Shown here piece by piece: positions 19,300 through 31,100 of a stretch of DNA of 64,000 bases (positions are counted from its first letter, which is position 1; each line of letters opens with the position of its first letter). The stretch is taken from the NCBI GenBank assembly GCA_043821645.1, contig JBDRCO010000065.1:1-64000 (forward strand), in the 5' to 3' direction. Both the position numbers and the translations under genes were made by a program. This stretch comes from Pseudomonadota bacterium (GTDB lineage Bacteria; Myxococcota; JACRCW01; JAFGSX01). The notes under the pieces are model-generated. The model made no database searches and had not been told where the DNA came from. It saw nothing but the letters and a program-made list of their open reading frames with translations.

Positions 19300-21060
19300 A
19301 TGGTCAGGATGCCTGGACGCACACCTCTCTCGTCTGCGCTTGGCGTGCTCACCCTGGCTGCGATCCAGGCGTGTACGCCGCCTGTGCTCGATCGGTGCAC
19401 CACGGCAACCGAATGCCCGCCTGGGTTCACCTGCCAGGGGGGGGCCTGCGTTCGCCCCTCGACCCTCGACGCCTCGGTGGATGCAGCGGTCCAGGACGTG
19501 ACCTCCGGACCCGACTCGCGCATCGTCGACAGCAGCGGCGCCGACCTCGAGCAGGACGGTGGCTCACCTGGCGATGGCAACGAGCCCGACGCTCAAGCCA
19601 CCGATACCCGTCCAGCGGACACCGTCTCTTTCGACTCGAGGCTTTCTGACGTCAACACTTCGGACCTGGGCATCCCCGACGCCAGCGCGACAGATCAGGA
19701 CCTCCACGACCAAGCCACGACGGATCACGGCGCCGGTGAGGCCGCCATGACCGATGCCAGCGTCACCGACCTTGCGTTGGCAGACACCGCGGAACCAGAT
19801 GCGACTGTGCCATGCACCCTCAGCTGTCCAGTCCATCAGCACTGCGAGAACCAGGGCGACAGTCCCGTGTGCGTGTGTGACGCTACCTCCCCAGACAGGG
19901 ACAGCGACGGGATCGCGGACCTGTGCGACGCCTGTCCCCTCGACCCCGGCAATGATGGGGACGGTGATGGGCTGTGTGGCGACGTCGACAGCTGCCCCTC
20001 CACCTTCAACCCTGGCCAGGCCGACCTGGACCTGGATGGCCTGGGCGACGCCTGCGACGCCAACCCCTCGGTCTTCTACGCCAACTACGTGGTCGACACG
20101 CTGCCCTCGGCCGCGGGGAGCGAGCGCCACACCTCGCTGGTCAGCGACGGTGTCAGCTTGTGGCATTTCACGCGGCAGGGCGGACGCCTGTTCTCGTCCT
20201 TTACCGGTGCCACGGACAGCTGGACCGAGCACACCGCGCTGCAGGCTGGCACCTACGCCAATTCAGCGGGGATCAACATGTTCGACGGCGCCATGGCCTA
20301 CGATGCAGCGAATCGCCGACTCTTGCTCGCGCGCTGGGCCTGGTGGGAGATTGCCGCGACCTACCCCTGGGACAAGGAGCGCCTGGTCGTCTACGACATC
20401 GATGGCACGGGGTGGCACATCGAAGCGACGGCGGCTGCCGCCAACACCACCCACGCACTCACGATCGCGGGAAACTATCTGTGGGGCATCTGGGCTTCGG
20501 GAGACAAGCCCCTGATCCGCACTGCCCTCTCGACGTTCCCTCTGTACAACGAGCAGCGCTCGGCGCCCGCTGGCCTCGCCGGGGCCGACCCGGACTGGCT
20601 CTCGCGCTGCGCCCAGCTCGTCGCGGTGGAGGGGGACCTGTACGGCATCAAGAACGACAGGGTCGCTGCGGCCGGCGACGGGGACAGGCTGTTCCGCTTC
20701 GCACCGGGCAACTTCACTCCCAACGGCACGACCACCGTCGAGGATCTGGGTCCGCTTCCCTTCGAGGTTGGCCAGGGCGCGGCGCTGGTGTTGCTGCCCG
20801 CGGGATGGGCAGGCGTAGGCATCAAGGGTGGCTTGTTCATCATCGCTGGCGAGGAGAGCTCCAACCTCGAGGGCAGCGGCACACCGAGCCGCAAGTTCGC
20901 TGTCCTCGATATCGAGAGCCTGCACATGTCGCCCGTGCAACTCTTCCCTTCGGCCGCAGGCTACGGCACCAGCGCGACCTTTCACAATGGCACGGTGGTG
21001 ATCCGGGCAGGCCTGTCGAGCACAGACCGGACCCTGTGGACGCTGGTCCCGCAGTCCTGA
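19300..21060 (+). CDS. Lipoprotein with Cys-rich N-terminus, Asp-periodic linker, thrombospondin type-3 repeats and beta-rich C-terminal domain
   Basis: Lipobox-like IQAC; D.DSDGIAD.CD.CP.D, DGDGDGLCGDVDSCP..FNP.Q.D.D.DGLGDACD. Confidence 0.75.
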   Translation: MVRMPGRTPLSSALGVLTLAAIQACTPPVLDRCTTATECPPGFTCQGGACVRPSTLDASVDAAVQDVTSGPDSRIVDSSGADLEQDGGSPGDGNEPDAQATDTRPADTVSFDSRLSDVNTSDLGIPDASATDQDLHDQATTDHGAGEAAMTDASVTDLALADTAEPDATVPCTLSCPVHQHCENQGDSPVCVCDATSPDRDSDGIADLCDACPLDPGNDGDGDGLCGDVDSCPSTFNPGQADLDLDGLGDACDANPSVFYANYVVDTLPSAAGSERHTSLVSDGVSLWHFTRQGGRLFSSFTGATDSWTEHTALQAGTYANSAGINMFDGAMAYDAANRRLLLARWAWWEIAATYPWDKERLVVYDIDGTGWHIEATAAAANTTHALTIAGNYLWGIWASGDKPLIRTALSTFPLYNEQRSAPAGLAGADPDWLSRCAQLVAVEGDLYGIKNDRVAAAGDGDRLFRFAPGNFTPNGTTTVEDLGPLPFEVGQGAALVLLPAGWAGVGIKGGLFIIAGEESSNLEGSGTPSRKFAVLDIESLHMSPVQLFPSAAGYGTSATFHNGTVVIRAGLSSTDRTLWTLVPQS

Positions 21061-21066
21061 CCCGCG

Positions 21067-22620
21067 CTAGCCGGCCACGCCCATGCCGCTCCAGGTCCGG
21101 GTCAGCTTGACCACAGCGACCTTGGGGTGCTTTCGAAATCGCGACAGCGAGAGCAGCAGGCCGTTCCAGTGCTCGTCGAGGCCAGGTCGGCTGATCTGAT
21201 CGCACAGGTCGCCCAGCACGATGATCTTGGCTCCGGGACCCTTGCGTCCAACGAAGGCATCCATGACATGCGGGTACTCGTTCTGGCATTCGTCGCGGAT
21301 GGTGTAGCCGGTGAAGGTCATGCTGTGGATACGCTCCGGCGACACCAGGTCGAAGGGCGCCTTGTCGGGGAGCGTGATGGTGCGCGTGAGCACATCCCGC
21401 CAGTCCTCACCGCCAGAGATGCTGGATTTCTGGCGCCTGTCCATGAAGGGCTTGAGCATCTCCTCGAAGGGCACCACGCCGATGCTCAGCTCGCCGAAGG
21501 CGCTCTTGAAGTGGGCATACTCACCCAGCAGGTCGTCCTGGCGAATGCCGTCGGGCAGCCCGGACTTGATGAGCCGGATCTGCTTCTCCATGGGCAGCTT
21601 CTTGCGCCGGGTCAGGCCGCGACCGAACACCCGGGTCTGGGCACCGACCAGGGCGAGGATGGTCTTGCCGCACTGCCGGGGGCCGATGACGAAGGCCAGT
21701 TCGATGTCGTCGTCGAGCAGGATATCCAGGGCCAGCAATTGCTGCAGGTCAAAGGGGTGCGCCGGCGACCAGATGGGTTCGACCTCCTTGCGGATCGCCT
21801 CCAGATCCACAGGCACGAAGCGCGCCGCGTCGTAGTGCATGCGAAAGGCGCGCACGCGGTCGGTCGGGTCTGCCCTGCCCTCCTCGAGATCCATCAGGGT
21901 CAGGAACTGGTTGGGAATGGGATCGCTGCCCACGATGCGGATGTAGTCGTCGACCTCCAGGAAGTGCGAGATCTGGACGTCCGCGCCAAACTCGCCCGGC
22001 GTCACTGTCCGCTGCTCCTGGATGGCCGCGCTCAGTGCCGCGAAGGCGTCCGGATCGGACAGGCTGTCCACCTTGACCTGATAGTCATTCGCGATACGTG
22101 CGCTCAGCTCACCCAGACGCGGGGTCTCGAACACGTAGCCGTTGAGTTCGAGTTCGGCCTGGGCCTCGCGCAGGGTCGCCACGACGCGCAGGGACGCGGC
22201 CGAGTCCCGCGCGTTCAGACGGGGGTCGTCGCCGAACATCACCCGCAGCTGTTCCTCGGCGCTCTGCACCATGGCCACCAGGTCGCTCTCGGCCACGTCG
22301 AGAAAGCACACGTCCACGCGAGGGTCGACGGCGACGATGGCGTCGTAGCGGAGGTGCAGATGCAGCACGAAGGCGTTGAATTCCTGAATCTGCTGGGTCC
22401 ACAGGCGCTCGATCTCGGGGCGGTGTCCGAGCACCTGGGCAAAGCGCCGTTCATCGATGATGCGCTTGTAGGCGCGGGGGATGGTGACCAGCAAGCAGGC
22501 GCGTGGATTCTCGGGAGGCAGGAACAGGCTGGTTCCACGACACAGCAGAGTGTCGAGCGTGGGCAGCACGATCTGGGTATAGCGGTCGATGCCGCTGAGG
22601 TTCCGCCGTGGTCTGGTCAT
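21067..22620 (-). CDS. Divergent PIN-PhoH (YlaK/PhoH2-like) protein
   Basis: Q.LALDILLDDDIELAFVIGPRQCGKT, DECQN, R.GPGAKIIVLGD..QI.RP.L...NGL; N-terminus resembles an eroded PIN domain. Confidence 0.7.
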   Translation of the reverse strand: MTRPRRNLSGIDRYTQIVLPTLDTLLCRGTSLFLPPENPRACLLVTIPRAYKRIIDERRFAQVLGHRPEIERLWTQQIQEFNAFVLHLHLRYDAIVAVDPRVDVCFLDVAESDLVAMVQSAEEQLRVMFGDDPRLNARDSAASLRVVATLREAQAELELNGYVFETPRLGELSARIANDYQVKVDSLSDPDAFAALSAAIQEQRTVTPGEFGADVQISHFLEVDDYIRIVGSDPIPNQFLTLMDLEEGRADPTDRVRAFRMHYDAARFVPVDLEAIRKEVEPIWSPAHPFDLQQLLALDILLDDDIELAFVIGPRQCGKTILALVGAQTRVFGRGLTRRKKLPMEKQIRLIKSGLPDGIRQDDLLGEYAHFKSAFGELSIGVVPFEEMLKPFMDRRQKSSISGGEDWRDVLTRTITLPDKAPFDLVSPERIHSMTFTGYTIRDECQNEYPHVMDAFVGRKGPGAKIIVLGDLCDQISRPGLDEHWNGLLLSLSRFRKHPKVAVVKLTRTWSGMGVAG

Positions 22621-23207
22621 GGTCCCACCACGGTCCGGCGCACGCGCGGATATTCCTTTTCGAGTGTGCGCACCGAGTCGCGATCGAACTCGATGTCGGC
22701 ACCGCCGACGATGTAGGATTTCTTCTCATCCACGAAGCTGTGCGTCACCCGCACCGCATCGCGCAGGGCACGCCCCAGCTCCCGGGCCTGGTTTCTGAAA
22801 TCTGCCGACAGACCGGTCGAGGCCGCGGCCAGCAGGCGCTCGCGCAGGTGATGAAAGAAGGAACTCGGGGGGTTCTGCTGCTTCTTTTTGAGCAGGGTGC
22901 GGGCTTCGGTCACGTCCTGGGCGACCGTGAGCTCGGCCGCGGCTTCGAGGTCCATGCCGCCCCTGGTCATGCGCTCTATCCTCTGGATAACCGTCTCGAT
23001 GGCACCGGCGAAGCGCACCATCTCCTCGATGTGCTGCCGCCTCTCGTCGCGAGTGGTCGGCGTGAATTCCGCACTGGCGCGGATCAAGCTGGTGCAGGTC
23101 AAGATGTAGCGGTGCTCGTAGTTGGGCAGGTTGCGCTTGAGCTTCTCGGACATGTAGCCCAGCGAGTGAACCTTGAGCCCGCGATCTGCTTTCGCCCTGC
23201 GCGCCAT
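22617..23207 (-). CDS. Hypothetical helical protein coupled to the PhoH-like gene
   Basis: AAGGA RBS, ATGA overlap with downstream gene, typical codon usage. Confidence 0.7.
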   Translation of the reverse strand: MARRAKADRGLKVHSLGYMSEKLKRNLPNYEHRYILTCTSLIRASAEFTPTTRDERRQHIEEMVRFAGAIETVIQRIERMTRGGMDLEAAAELTVAQDVTEARTLLKKKQQNPPSSFFHHLRERLLAAASTGLSADFRNQARELGRALRDAVRVTHSFVDEKKSYIVGGADIEFDRDSVRTLEKEYPRVRRTVVGP

Positions 23208-23383
23208 TCCTTTTTCACCTCGATGCCGCTGCCCGCTCCTTAGCGCCGCATGTCCTGCATCCTAGGGAGCGGACCGCGTGGAGGTCAAACCTGGCGGGCG
23301 CGAAGCACGCATCGACGTCGACCCTGTGACCTGGCAGCATCCGGTCTCGGTTGCGGTCCGCCGATCACCGGCAGGAGGGGTCC

Positions 23384-24352
23384 ATGACCGAGGATCTGGA
23401 TCACGATGGGACGTCCGCACCACGCCCGCGCCAGCAGCGGCTATGGTGGATCGCCCTGGGCACCCTGTGGCTGTTCTTCGTCCCCCTGTCCCTGGCTGTG
23501 GGCGCCGGCATAGGCTCGTTCTTCTACATCACCAAGCAGCTGACAGCTCCGGTGGTGTGCCCCTCGGAGACGCGGAGCGCCTACGTGGTGGCCCACGTCT
23601 ACGACGTGAACGACGGCACGTCCTGGGACACCTGGCTGTACTGTGAGGATGCACAGGGCACGCGCCACAGGCAGGACTGGTTCGCCGTGGCCGGGACCCT
23701 GGCCGGCTTCACCTTCGCCACCCTGGCGCTGGTCAGCTTGTTCTTCACGCTGGCCGTGCGCGTCCGCGCGATCCGCGGGCTGGCCTCGACGCTGGGACTG
23801 GTTGCCGTGGCCGCGGCGCTGGTGCTTGCGATCGCGCCCATCGTCGTGGCACCGGGCTGTGGCACCATGCGCCGGGAGGCCTTCGACGCCAGCGGCGGCG
23901 AGTACCTGTCCGGTCGCGGTCCGCAGTTGCTTCGTCAGCAGATCCTGTCCCAGCTCGCGTACACCCCGCAGCTGTCATCGCTGTCCATGTCGGGGGTGTA
24001 TGCGGTGCTCGAGGTCCAGAATCCGCAGAACCCACGCTTTCTCGACAAGTACGTGCTGAGGCAGGGCGATCTCGAGGGGCCCGAGGCGGTGCGAGATCCC
24101 TCCCCTCGCAAGTTCGCCCACCTGTTCCAGCTCGACGAGGTCCCCCTCGACGCTCTGCCGGGCATGGTGGAGCAGTGCGCAGCCCAGGTCGGCAAGCCAC
24201 TGGACCGCCTGTGGCTGGGCATGGACGCCGAGCCCGGTGAGCTCGTGATCCGGGTGAGCTGCAACAACGCCCGGCTCTCGGCCAACCTGCAGTTTGACGG
24301 GACGGGTCAATTGCATGGCGCTCGGGGCGCGGGATCTCTGCCCTCGGACTGA
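23384..24352 (+). CDS. Hypothetical membrane protein (3 TM + soluble domains)
   Basis: GGAGG RBS before ATG 23384; three hydrophobic segments. Confidence 0.65.
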   Translation: MTEDLDHDGTSAPRPRQQRLWWIALGTLWLFFVPLSLAVGAGIGSFFYITKQLTAPVVCPSETRSAYVVAHVYDVNDGTSWDTWLYCEDAQGTRHRQDWFAVAGTLAGFTFATLALVSLFFTLAVRVRAIRGLASTLGLVAVAAALVLAIAPIVVAPGCGTMRREAFDASGGEYLSGRGPQLLRQQILSQLAYTPQLSSLSMSGVYAVLEVQNPQNPRFLDKYVLRQGDLEGPEAVRDPSPRKFAHLFQLDEVPLDALPGMVEQCAAQVGKPLDRLWLGMDAEPGELVIRVSCNNARLSANLQFDGTGQLHGARGAGSLPSD

Positions 24353-24373
24353 GCCCGCATCGGGACCGCAGGA

Positions 24374-26263
<1,890 letters not shown>

Positions 26264-26361
26264 TGCAGGCCCGTCGCCAACAAATCCGAATGCCGTGGCC
26301 CTGAATGAACGAGCCGTGTGGTTCGTCTGTGCTGCAGCCCGTTCGGAGTAGGAGGCTCCTG

Positions 26362-27090
26362 ATGCATGAACCCAGGCGATGTGCCCTTCCGCACGCCTTC
26401 ACCGATTTATCACGGGCCGCCCTGGCCATGCCGGTGCTGCTCGTCACTCTCACCCTGGGCGACATGGCCACCGCTCAGGAAGCCCCACGCGCCTCCTGCA
26501 AGATGGGCAGCGATGGCCGCCAGACCTGCGGGTTTCACTGCAAGATGGGCAGCGACGGCCACGTGGCCTGTGCCGACACCCCCGACGGCACCTGCGCCAT
26601 GAGCAGCGACGGGACAGTGGTGTGCACCGAACTGCAGGGATCGCGCTTCGCGCCCATTGGCGGCGTGCGTTCCGAGTGCAAGATGGGCAGCGACGGTCAC
26701 GTGGTCTGCGGCTTCGTTTGCAGGATGGGCAGCGACGGGCGTGTGGCCTGTGCCGACACACCAAGTGGAGCCTGCGCCATGGGCAGCGATGGGCATGTGG
26801 TGTGCTCCCGCTTGCTGGGCGCACCTGCGGCTCGCGACCCCGGGGCCCGCGCCCAGTGCAAGATGGGCAGTGATGGCCACGTGGTCTGCGGCTTCGTGTG
26901 CAAGATGGGCAGCGATGGGCACGTGGCCTGTGCGGACAGCCCGGATGGGGCGTGCGCCATGGGCAGTGACGGCCATGTGGTGTGCACCGAGGAGAGGCCC
27001 CCTCCGGGTCGGCGGTCGAACCACGGCCGCCGCGAGCAAGCGCGACAGACCACAAGCCCCTCGCTCGACCGGGGCGGACAGCTCGCCTAG
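26362..27090 (+). CDS. Secreted Cys-rich triple-repeat protein (C-x-MGSDG-xxx-C hairpins)
   Basis: AGGAGG RBS, signal-like N-terminus ending ATA-QE, three 60-aa repeats. Confidence 0.8.
   Translation: MHEPRRCALPHAFTDLSRAALAMPVLLVTLTLGDMATAQEAPRASCKMGSDGRQTCGFHCKMGSDGHVACADTPDGTCAMSSDGTVVCTELQGSRFAPIGGVRSECKMGSDGHVVCGFVCRMGSDGRVACADTPSGACAMGSDGHVVCSRLLGAPAARDPGARAQCKMGSDGHVVCGFVCKMGSDGHVACADSPDGACAMGSDGHVVCTEERPPPGRRSNHGRREQARQTTSPSLDRGGQLA
26497..26985 (+). repeat. Coding tandem repeat, 3 units at exact 180-bp period
   Basis: TGCAAGATGGGCAG starts at 26497, 26677 and 26857; each unit has three MGSDG-type subrepeats. Confidence 0.9.
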
Positions 27091-29147
27091 CTATCGCTGA
27101 AGTGCGAGAACTGCATGCTGAAGGTGCCGCGGCCCTGGGTCATGCTGCGCAGGTCCGTGGAGTAGCCGAACATGTTGACCAGCGGCGAGGTGCCGTGAAT
27201 GACCGCGACGCCGTGCTCGCTGTCCATGCCCTCGACCCGGCCTCCGCGGGCCTGCAGGTCGCCCATCACCGGACCTGTCATGTCCGCGGGCAGCACCACG
27301 TCGAGCTTGACGATGGGTTGCAGCAGCACCGCGCCGGCCGCGCGGGTGGCCGTGCGCACAGCCTGGGCCACGGCCACGCGCATGGCCTGGGGCGGGCTCT
27401 CGTTGGGGCGCGTGACGACGCTGAGCACGGCGATCTCGGTATCCACCAGCGGGTAGCCCTGCTTGGGTCCTGCCATGGCCGCGTCCATGGCACCCTCTTC
27501 CATGGCGCGCCGTGCCTCGTCGGACAGGGCCTGTCCTTCTGGCAGCAGGGTGAGGCCCTGGGTGGTGACCTTGAGCCCGGTGCCGCGCTCGAGGGGCTTG
27601 ACCCGCACCCGCGCCGTGGCGAACAGGTGCAGGGCCTCCTCCTCGTTGTGGCGCTCGAAAGTCTCCTCGCCCTCGGCCTCGCGGGCCACGCTCTCGCGGA
27701 AGATGACCTGGGGCTTGCCGGTGTTGACCTCGACGTTGTACTCGCGGCGGATGCGCTCGCACACCACCTCGAGGTGCAGCTCGCCCATGCCGTACAGCAG
27801 GAGCTGACCGGTGTCGGGGTCATCGCGCACGCGCAGGGTCGGATCCTCGTCGACCAGCTTGGCCAGCACGTCCTGCAGCTTGTCGCTGTCCTGGTTGCGC
27901 TTGGGCTCGATGGCGACGGAGATCACGGGCTCCAGGAAGGCAATGGTCTCGAGCAGGATGGGCGCCGTGGCATCGCACAGGGTGTCGCCGGTACGCACAC
28001 CCTTGAGACCTGCCGCCACCACGATCTCGCCTGCCTCGGCCTGATCGGCGCGCTCGCGCTTCTGGGCGTGGACGCGGAACAGACGTGCCACGCGCTCGGT
28101 CTGACCCGTGGTGGCGTTGTAGATGTTGCTGCCGGTCTGGATCGTGCCCGCATACAGCCGCAGGTACACGTGCTTGCGTCCCTCGAACATGTGGATCTTG
28201 AAGGCCAGCGCCACCACGGGCGCCTTGGCGTCGGGCTCCCGACTCAGTTCCTCGGTGGTGCCTGGCTTGATCCCGTGGACCGGCGGGGTCTCCAGGGGCG
28301 AGGGCAGGTACTCGACCACGGCGTCGAGCAGGGGCTGTATTCCCTTGTCCTTGAGGGCCGAGCCGGCCAGCACAGGCTGGATCTTGTTCGCGATGGTGGC
28401 CGTGCGGATGGCCGCGCGCAGGCTCTCCTCGTCCACCTCCCGCCCCTCGAGAAAGGCCTCGGCCACGGCATCGTCGACGTCGGCGCAGGCCTCGAGCAGC
28501 TGCTCGCGGGCCTGGTCGCGGCGCTCCTGCTGCGCCTCGTCCAGCGGCGCCTCCTGGACTTCGCTGCCGCGCTCGCCCGAGAAGGAGATGGCCACGCCCC
28601 GGACCACGTCGATGACCCCTGCAAAGGCGTCCTCGGCGCCGATGGGGATGGTCAGCAGCACGGGATGGGCGTGCAACTTCTCACTCAGGCTCTGCACCGA
28701 GTAGTCAAAGTCCGCGCCGACCCGATCCATCTTGTTGATGAACACCAGGCGCGGGACCTTGTAGCGTTCGGCCTGCCGCCACACGGTCTCGGTCTGGGGC
28801 TCGACGCCGCTGACCGCATCGATGACCACGATGGCACCGTCGAGGACGCGCATCGAGCGCTCGACCTCGACGGTGAAGTCGACATGGCCGGGGGTGTCGA
28901 TGATGTGCAGCTCGTGGTTGCGCCAGGGGCAGTTGGTGACGGCCGCGGTGATGGTGATGCCGCGCTCGCGCTCCTGGTCCATCCAGTCCATGACGGCCTC
29001 GCCGTCGTGGACCTCACCGATCTTGTGACTGATGCCGGTGTAGTACAGCACGCGCTCGGTGACCGTGGTCTTGCCCGCATCGATGTGCGCGCAGATGCCG
29101 ATGTTTCGAACGCGGGCGAGGCGCCCGGGACCCTTACCTTTGGCCAT
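27087..29147 (-). CDS. fusA: Elongation factor G paralogue (outside the str operon, divergent domain IV)
   Basis: [49 protein letters not shown]. Confidence 0.92.
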   Translation of the reverse strand: MAKGKGPGRLARVRNIGICAHIDAGKTTVTERVLYYTGISHKIGEVHDGEAVMDWMDQERERGITITAAVTNCPWRNHELHIIDTPGHVDFTVEVERSMRVLDGAIVVIDAVSGVEPQTETVWRQAERYKVPRLVFINKMDRVGADFDYSVQSLSEKLHAHPVLLTIPIGAEDAFAGVIDVVRGVAISFSGERGSEVQEAPLDEAQQERRDQAREQLLEACADVDDAVAEAFLEGREVDEESLRAAIRTATIANKIQPVLAGSALKDKGIQPLLDAVVEYLPSPLETPPVHGIKPGTTEELSREPDAKAPVVALAFKIHMFEGRKHVYLRLYAGTIQTGSNIYNATTGQTERVARLFRVHAQKRERADQAEAGEIVVAAGLKGVRTGDTLCDATAPILLETIAFLEPVISVAIEPKRNQDSDKLQDVLAKLVDEDPTLRVRDDPDTGQLLLYGMGELHLEVVCERIRREYNVEVNTGKPQVIFRESVAREAEGEETFERHNEEEALHLFATARVRVKPLERGTGLKVTTQGLTLLPEGQALSDEARRAMEEGAMDAAMAGPKQGYPLVDTEIAVLSVVTRPNESPPQAMRVAVAQAVRTATRAAGAVLLQPIVKLDVVLPADMTGPVMGDLQARGGRVEGMDSEHGVAVIHGTSPLVNMFGYSTDLRSMTQGRGTFSMQFSHFSDS

Positions 29148-29303
29148 GATCGAACCTTCCGTCCCCCGTCGCGAAGCGCGCATGATAGCCACAGAAAACG
29201 GCATGCGAAAACCCCGAAGCCCGGGCGAGAAGACGATCTTGCAGGTGGTTGGCGACCTGCCGTGAATGCGCTAGGTTGTCGGCCCTGACGGGAGAGCGGA
29301 ACC

Positions 29304-29744
29304 ATGCCAAAGCTTGCGGATGTGCTTCTCGTGGACGGAAAACGACCCCAGGTCGTGCGTGACTGCTGCGTCTTTCTCGACGAGGAAGTGGCGTCCAAGA
29401 AGGGCGCGATGGGATTGATCATCAAGGGCGGATTCAAGATGGTGAAGGCGCTCAAGCCTGGCCTCATCGCTGAAGCCTTCGAGGATCTCCTGGATCCCTT
29501 CGTCGAGAAGCTCGAGCCTTTTTACTCCCAGCACAAGGGGGCTGGCGGCGGCAATTTTACGGCCTACATCTCACCCCGGGCCTCGGAGGTCGCCGAGGCG
29601 CTGCTGGGCATCACCGACGCCCGTGCGGCCCGCGCCGAGAACAAGACCATCAAGAAGACCTACGAGAAGCTCCGGCCCTACGGCAAGAAGAACGTCGTGG
29701 AGGCCGTACCGGGCATCGGACGCCTCATCGACAAGCACGCCTGA
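29304..29744 (+). CDS. Conserved hypothetical protein (DUF6918-like)
   Basis: V.DC...LDEEVASKKG..G..IK.GFK.VK..KPG...ALL.ITDAR...K.Y.KLRP..K.NV.EAVP. Confidence 0.7.
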   Translation: MPKLADVLLVDGKRPQVVRDCCVFLDEEVASKKGAMGLIIKGGFKMVKALKPGLIAEAFEDLLDPFVEKLEPFYSQHKGAGGGNFTAYISPRASEVAEALLGITDARAARAENKTIKKTYEKLRPYGKKNVVEAVPGIGRLIDKHA

Positions 29745-29782
29745 AGCAGCCGCCCGCGGGGGCGCTCTGGAGAGGATGACGC

Positions 29783-30349
29783 ATGCCCGAGGTCCTGGTC
29801 AGCCTGGTGCCCTGGATCCTCGGCGGCGTGGTGCTGGTCGGCATCGTCGTGAGCCTCGTGTTCAACGTGTCGGGCACATGGGAGCGCATGCCCAGCGACG
29901 AGGAGCAAGCCGAGCTCGAGGCCAATCCCTACCGGACCCCGGCGCGCGAGCGCCTGGTGCTCGGGCAGTTCGGCCCCTTCGTCACCGGGCGGCGCGACGT
30001 GCTCGGCGGCTGGCAGGAGTTCGGCGGCACCATGCTGTTCTCGACCCTGCGGCTGACCCGGCGCGACCACGGCCTGCGCGCCCTGACCAGCCAGGGCTTT
30101 CCGGAGCCCATCGCCAAGCTCATCGACGGCGACGTCACCGGCAAGCTCAGGCTGCACCTGACCGCTGCCGGATTGCTCCTCGATGGCAGCTTCACCCCGC
30201 AGAAGATCGAGTTCACCCATCGCCCCCCGCGCATCACCTCGCGCTTCTTCCTGGATCCCACGCCCCGACGCTACCGCCGGCTCACCGCCGAGGAGATCGC
30301 CGGGGCCCGCGAGCTGGTGGCGAGCCAGGTCGAGGAACAGCCCACCTGA
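29783..30349 (+). CDS. Hypothetical membrane-anchored protein
   Basis: GAGGA RBS, N-terminal TM, GC3-biased frame. Confidence 0.7.
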   Translation: MPEVLVSLVPWILGGVVLVGIVVSLVFNVSGTWERMPSDEEQAELEANPYRTPARERLVLGQFGPFVTGRRDVLGGWQEFGGTMLFSTLRLTRRDHGLRALTSQGFPEPIAKLIDGDVTGKLRLHLTAAGLLLDGSFTPQKIEFTHRPPRITSRFFLDPTPRRYRRLTAEEIAGARELVASQVEEQPT

Positions 30350-30432
30350 GTTCGAGATCCTCGCGCCCCGCCGTGCGTTGACAGGTCCTGGGGTGGGTGT
30401 GCCCGGGGAAGCACGGGCGAGTGGAGGGCTAC

Positions 30433-31077
30433 ATGCGCGCTGCCGGGTGGAGCACATGGATGGTCCTGGTTGCCGGGCTCGCGCTCCAGGCGCCGGTCGC
30501 TGCACAGGACGCCGGGACCTCGCCGCAGCCCCAGCCCGCTGTCGACACCTGGCAGCTCCCCTTCGCCCTGCCTGATCGCCGCGCGCTGCGCAGCATCACC
30601 GTGGTCAGCGTGTTCGGGGCAGCGCGTCAAAGCTACGTCCGCGGCCACATCCACACCGGCCTGGATCTGGTCCCGCGACGACCGGGGCGTGGCCCCATCG
30701 AGGTCCTGGCCATGGCTCCGGGTCGGGTCTGCTCCATCCACCTGTCGGACCCACACCTGACCGTAGTGGTGGAGCACAGGCTGCTCGACGGCACCACCCT
30801 GTTCACCTCGTACAAGCACCTGGCCCGGGCCGACGTGGTCGAGGGCCAGCAGGTGACGGCCGCGACGCGCGTGGGCGTGCTCTACACCCGCGCCCAGGCC
30901 CGGGAGCTGGGCGGCAACTACGACCACCTGCACCTCGAGATCCGGACCCGCTTCGACGACGCCGGTGCGGCCTCCTGGACCACCATGACGCGTCAGGAGC
31001 TGGCGCGCCGCTTCGTGGATCCCCTTGTCTTTCTCAAGCAGGAGTTCGAAGCCCGCGAAGTGCGCAGCAGACCTTGA
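30433..31077 (+). CDS. Secreted M23 family metallopeptidase
   Basis: Signal peptide; HTGLD, YKHL, HLHLEI zinc motifs. Confidence 0.88.
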   Translation: MRAAGWSTWMVLVAGLALQAPVAAQDAGTSPQPQPAVDTWQLPFALPDRRALRSITVVSVFGAARQSYVRGHIHTGLDLVPRRPGRGPIEVLAMAPGRVCSIHLSDPHLTVVVEHRLLDGTTLFTSYKHLARADVVEGQQVTAATRVGVLYTRAQARELGGNYDHLHLEIRTRFDDAGAASWTTMTRQELARRFVDPLVFLKQEFEAREVRSRP

Positions 31078-31100
31078 AGCCTGACGGCCGAGGGCTTTGT

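Noticed and set aside
26497-26985. Repeated ATGGGCAGCGA(C/T)GG units resembling a CRISPR array
   Set aside because: Repeats are in frame, vary at third codon positions, the intervening sequences are themselves repeated, and no cas genes are present
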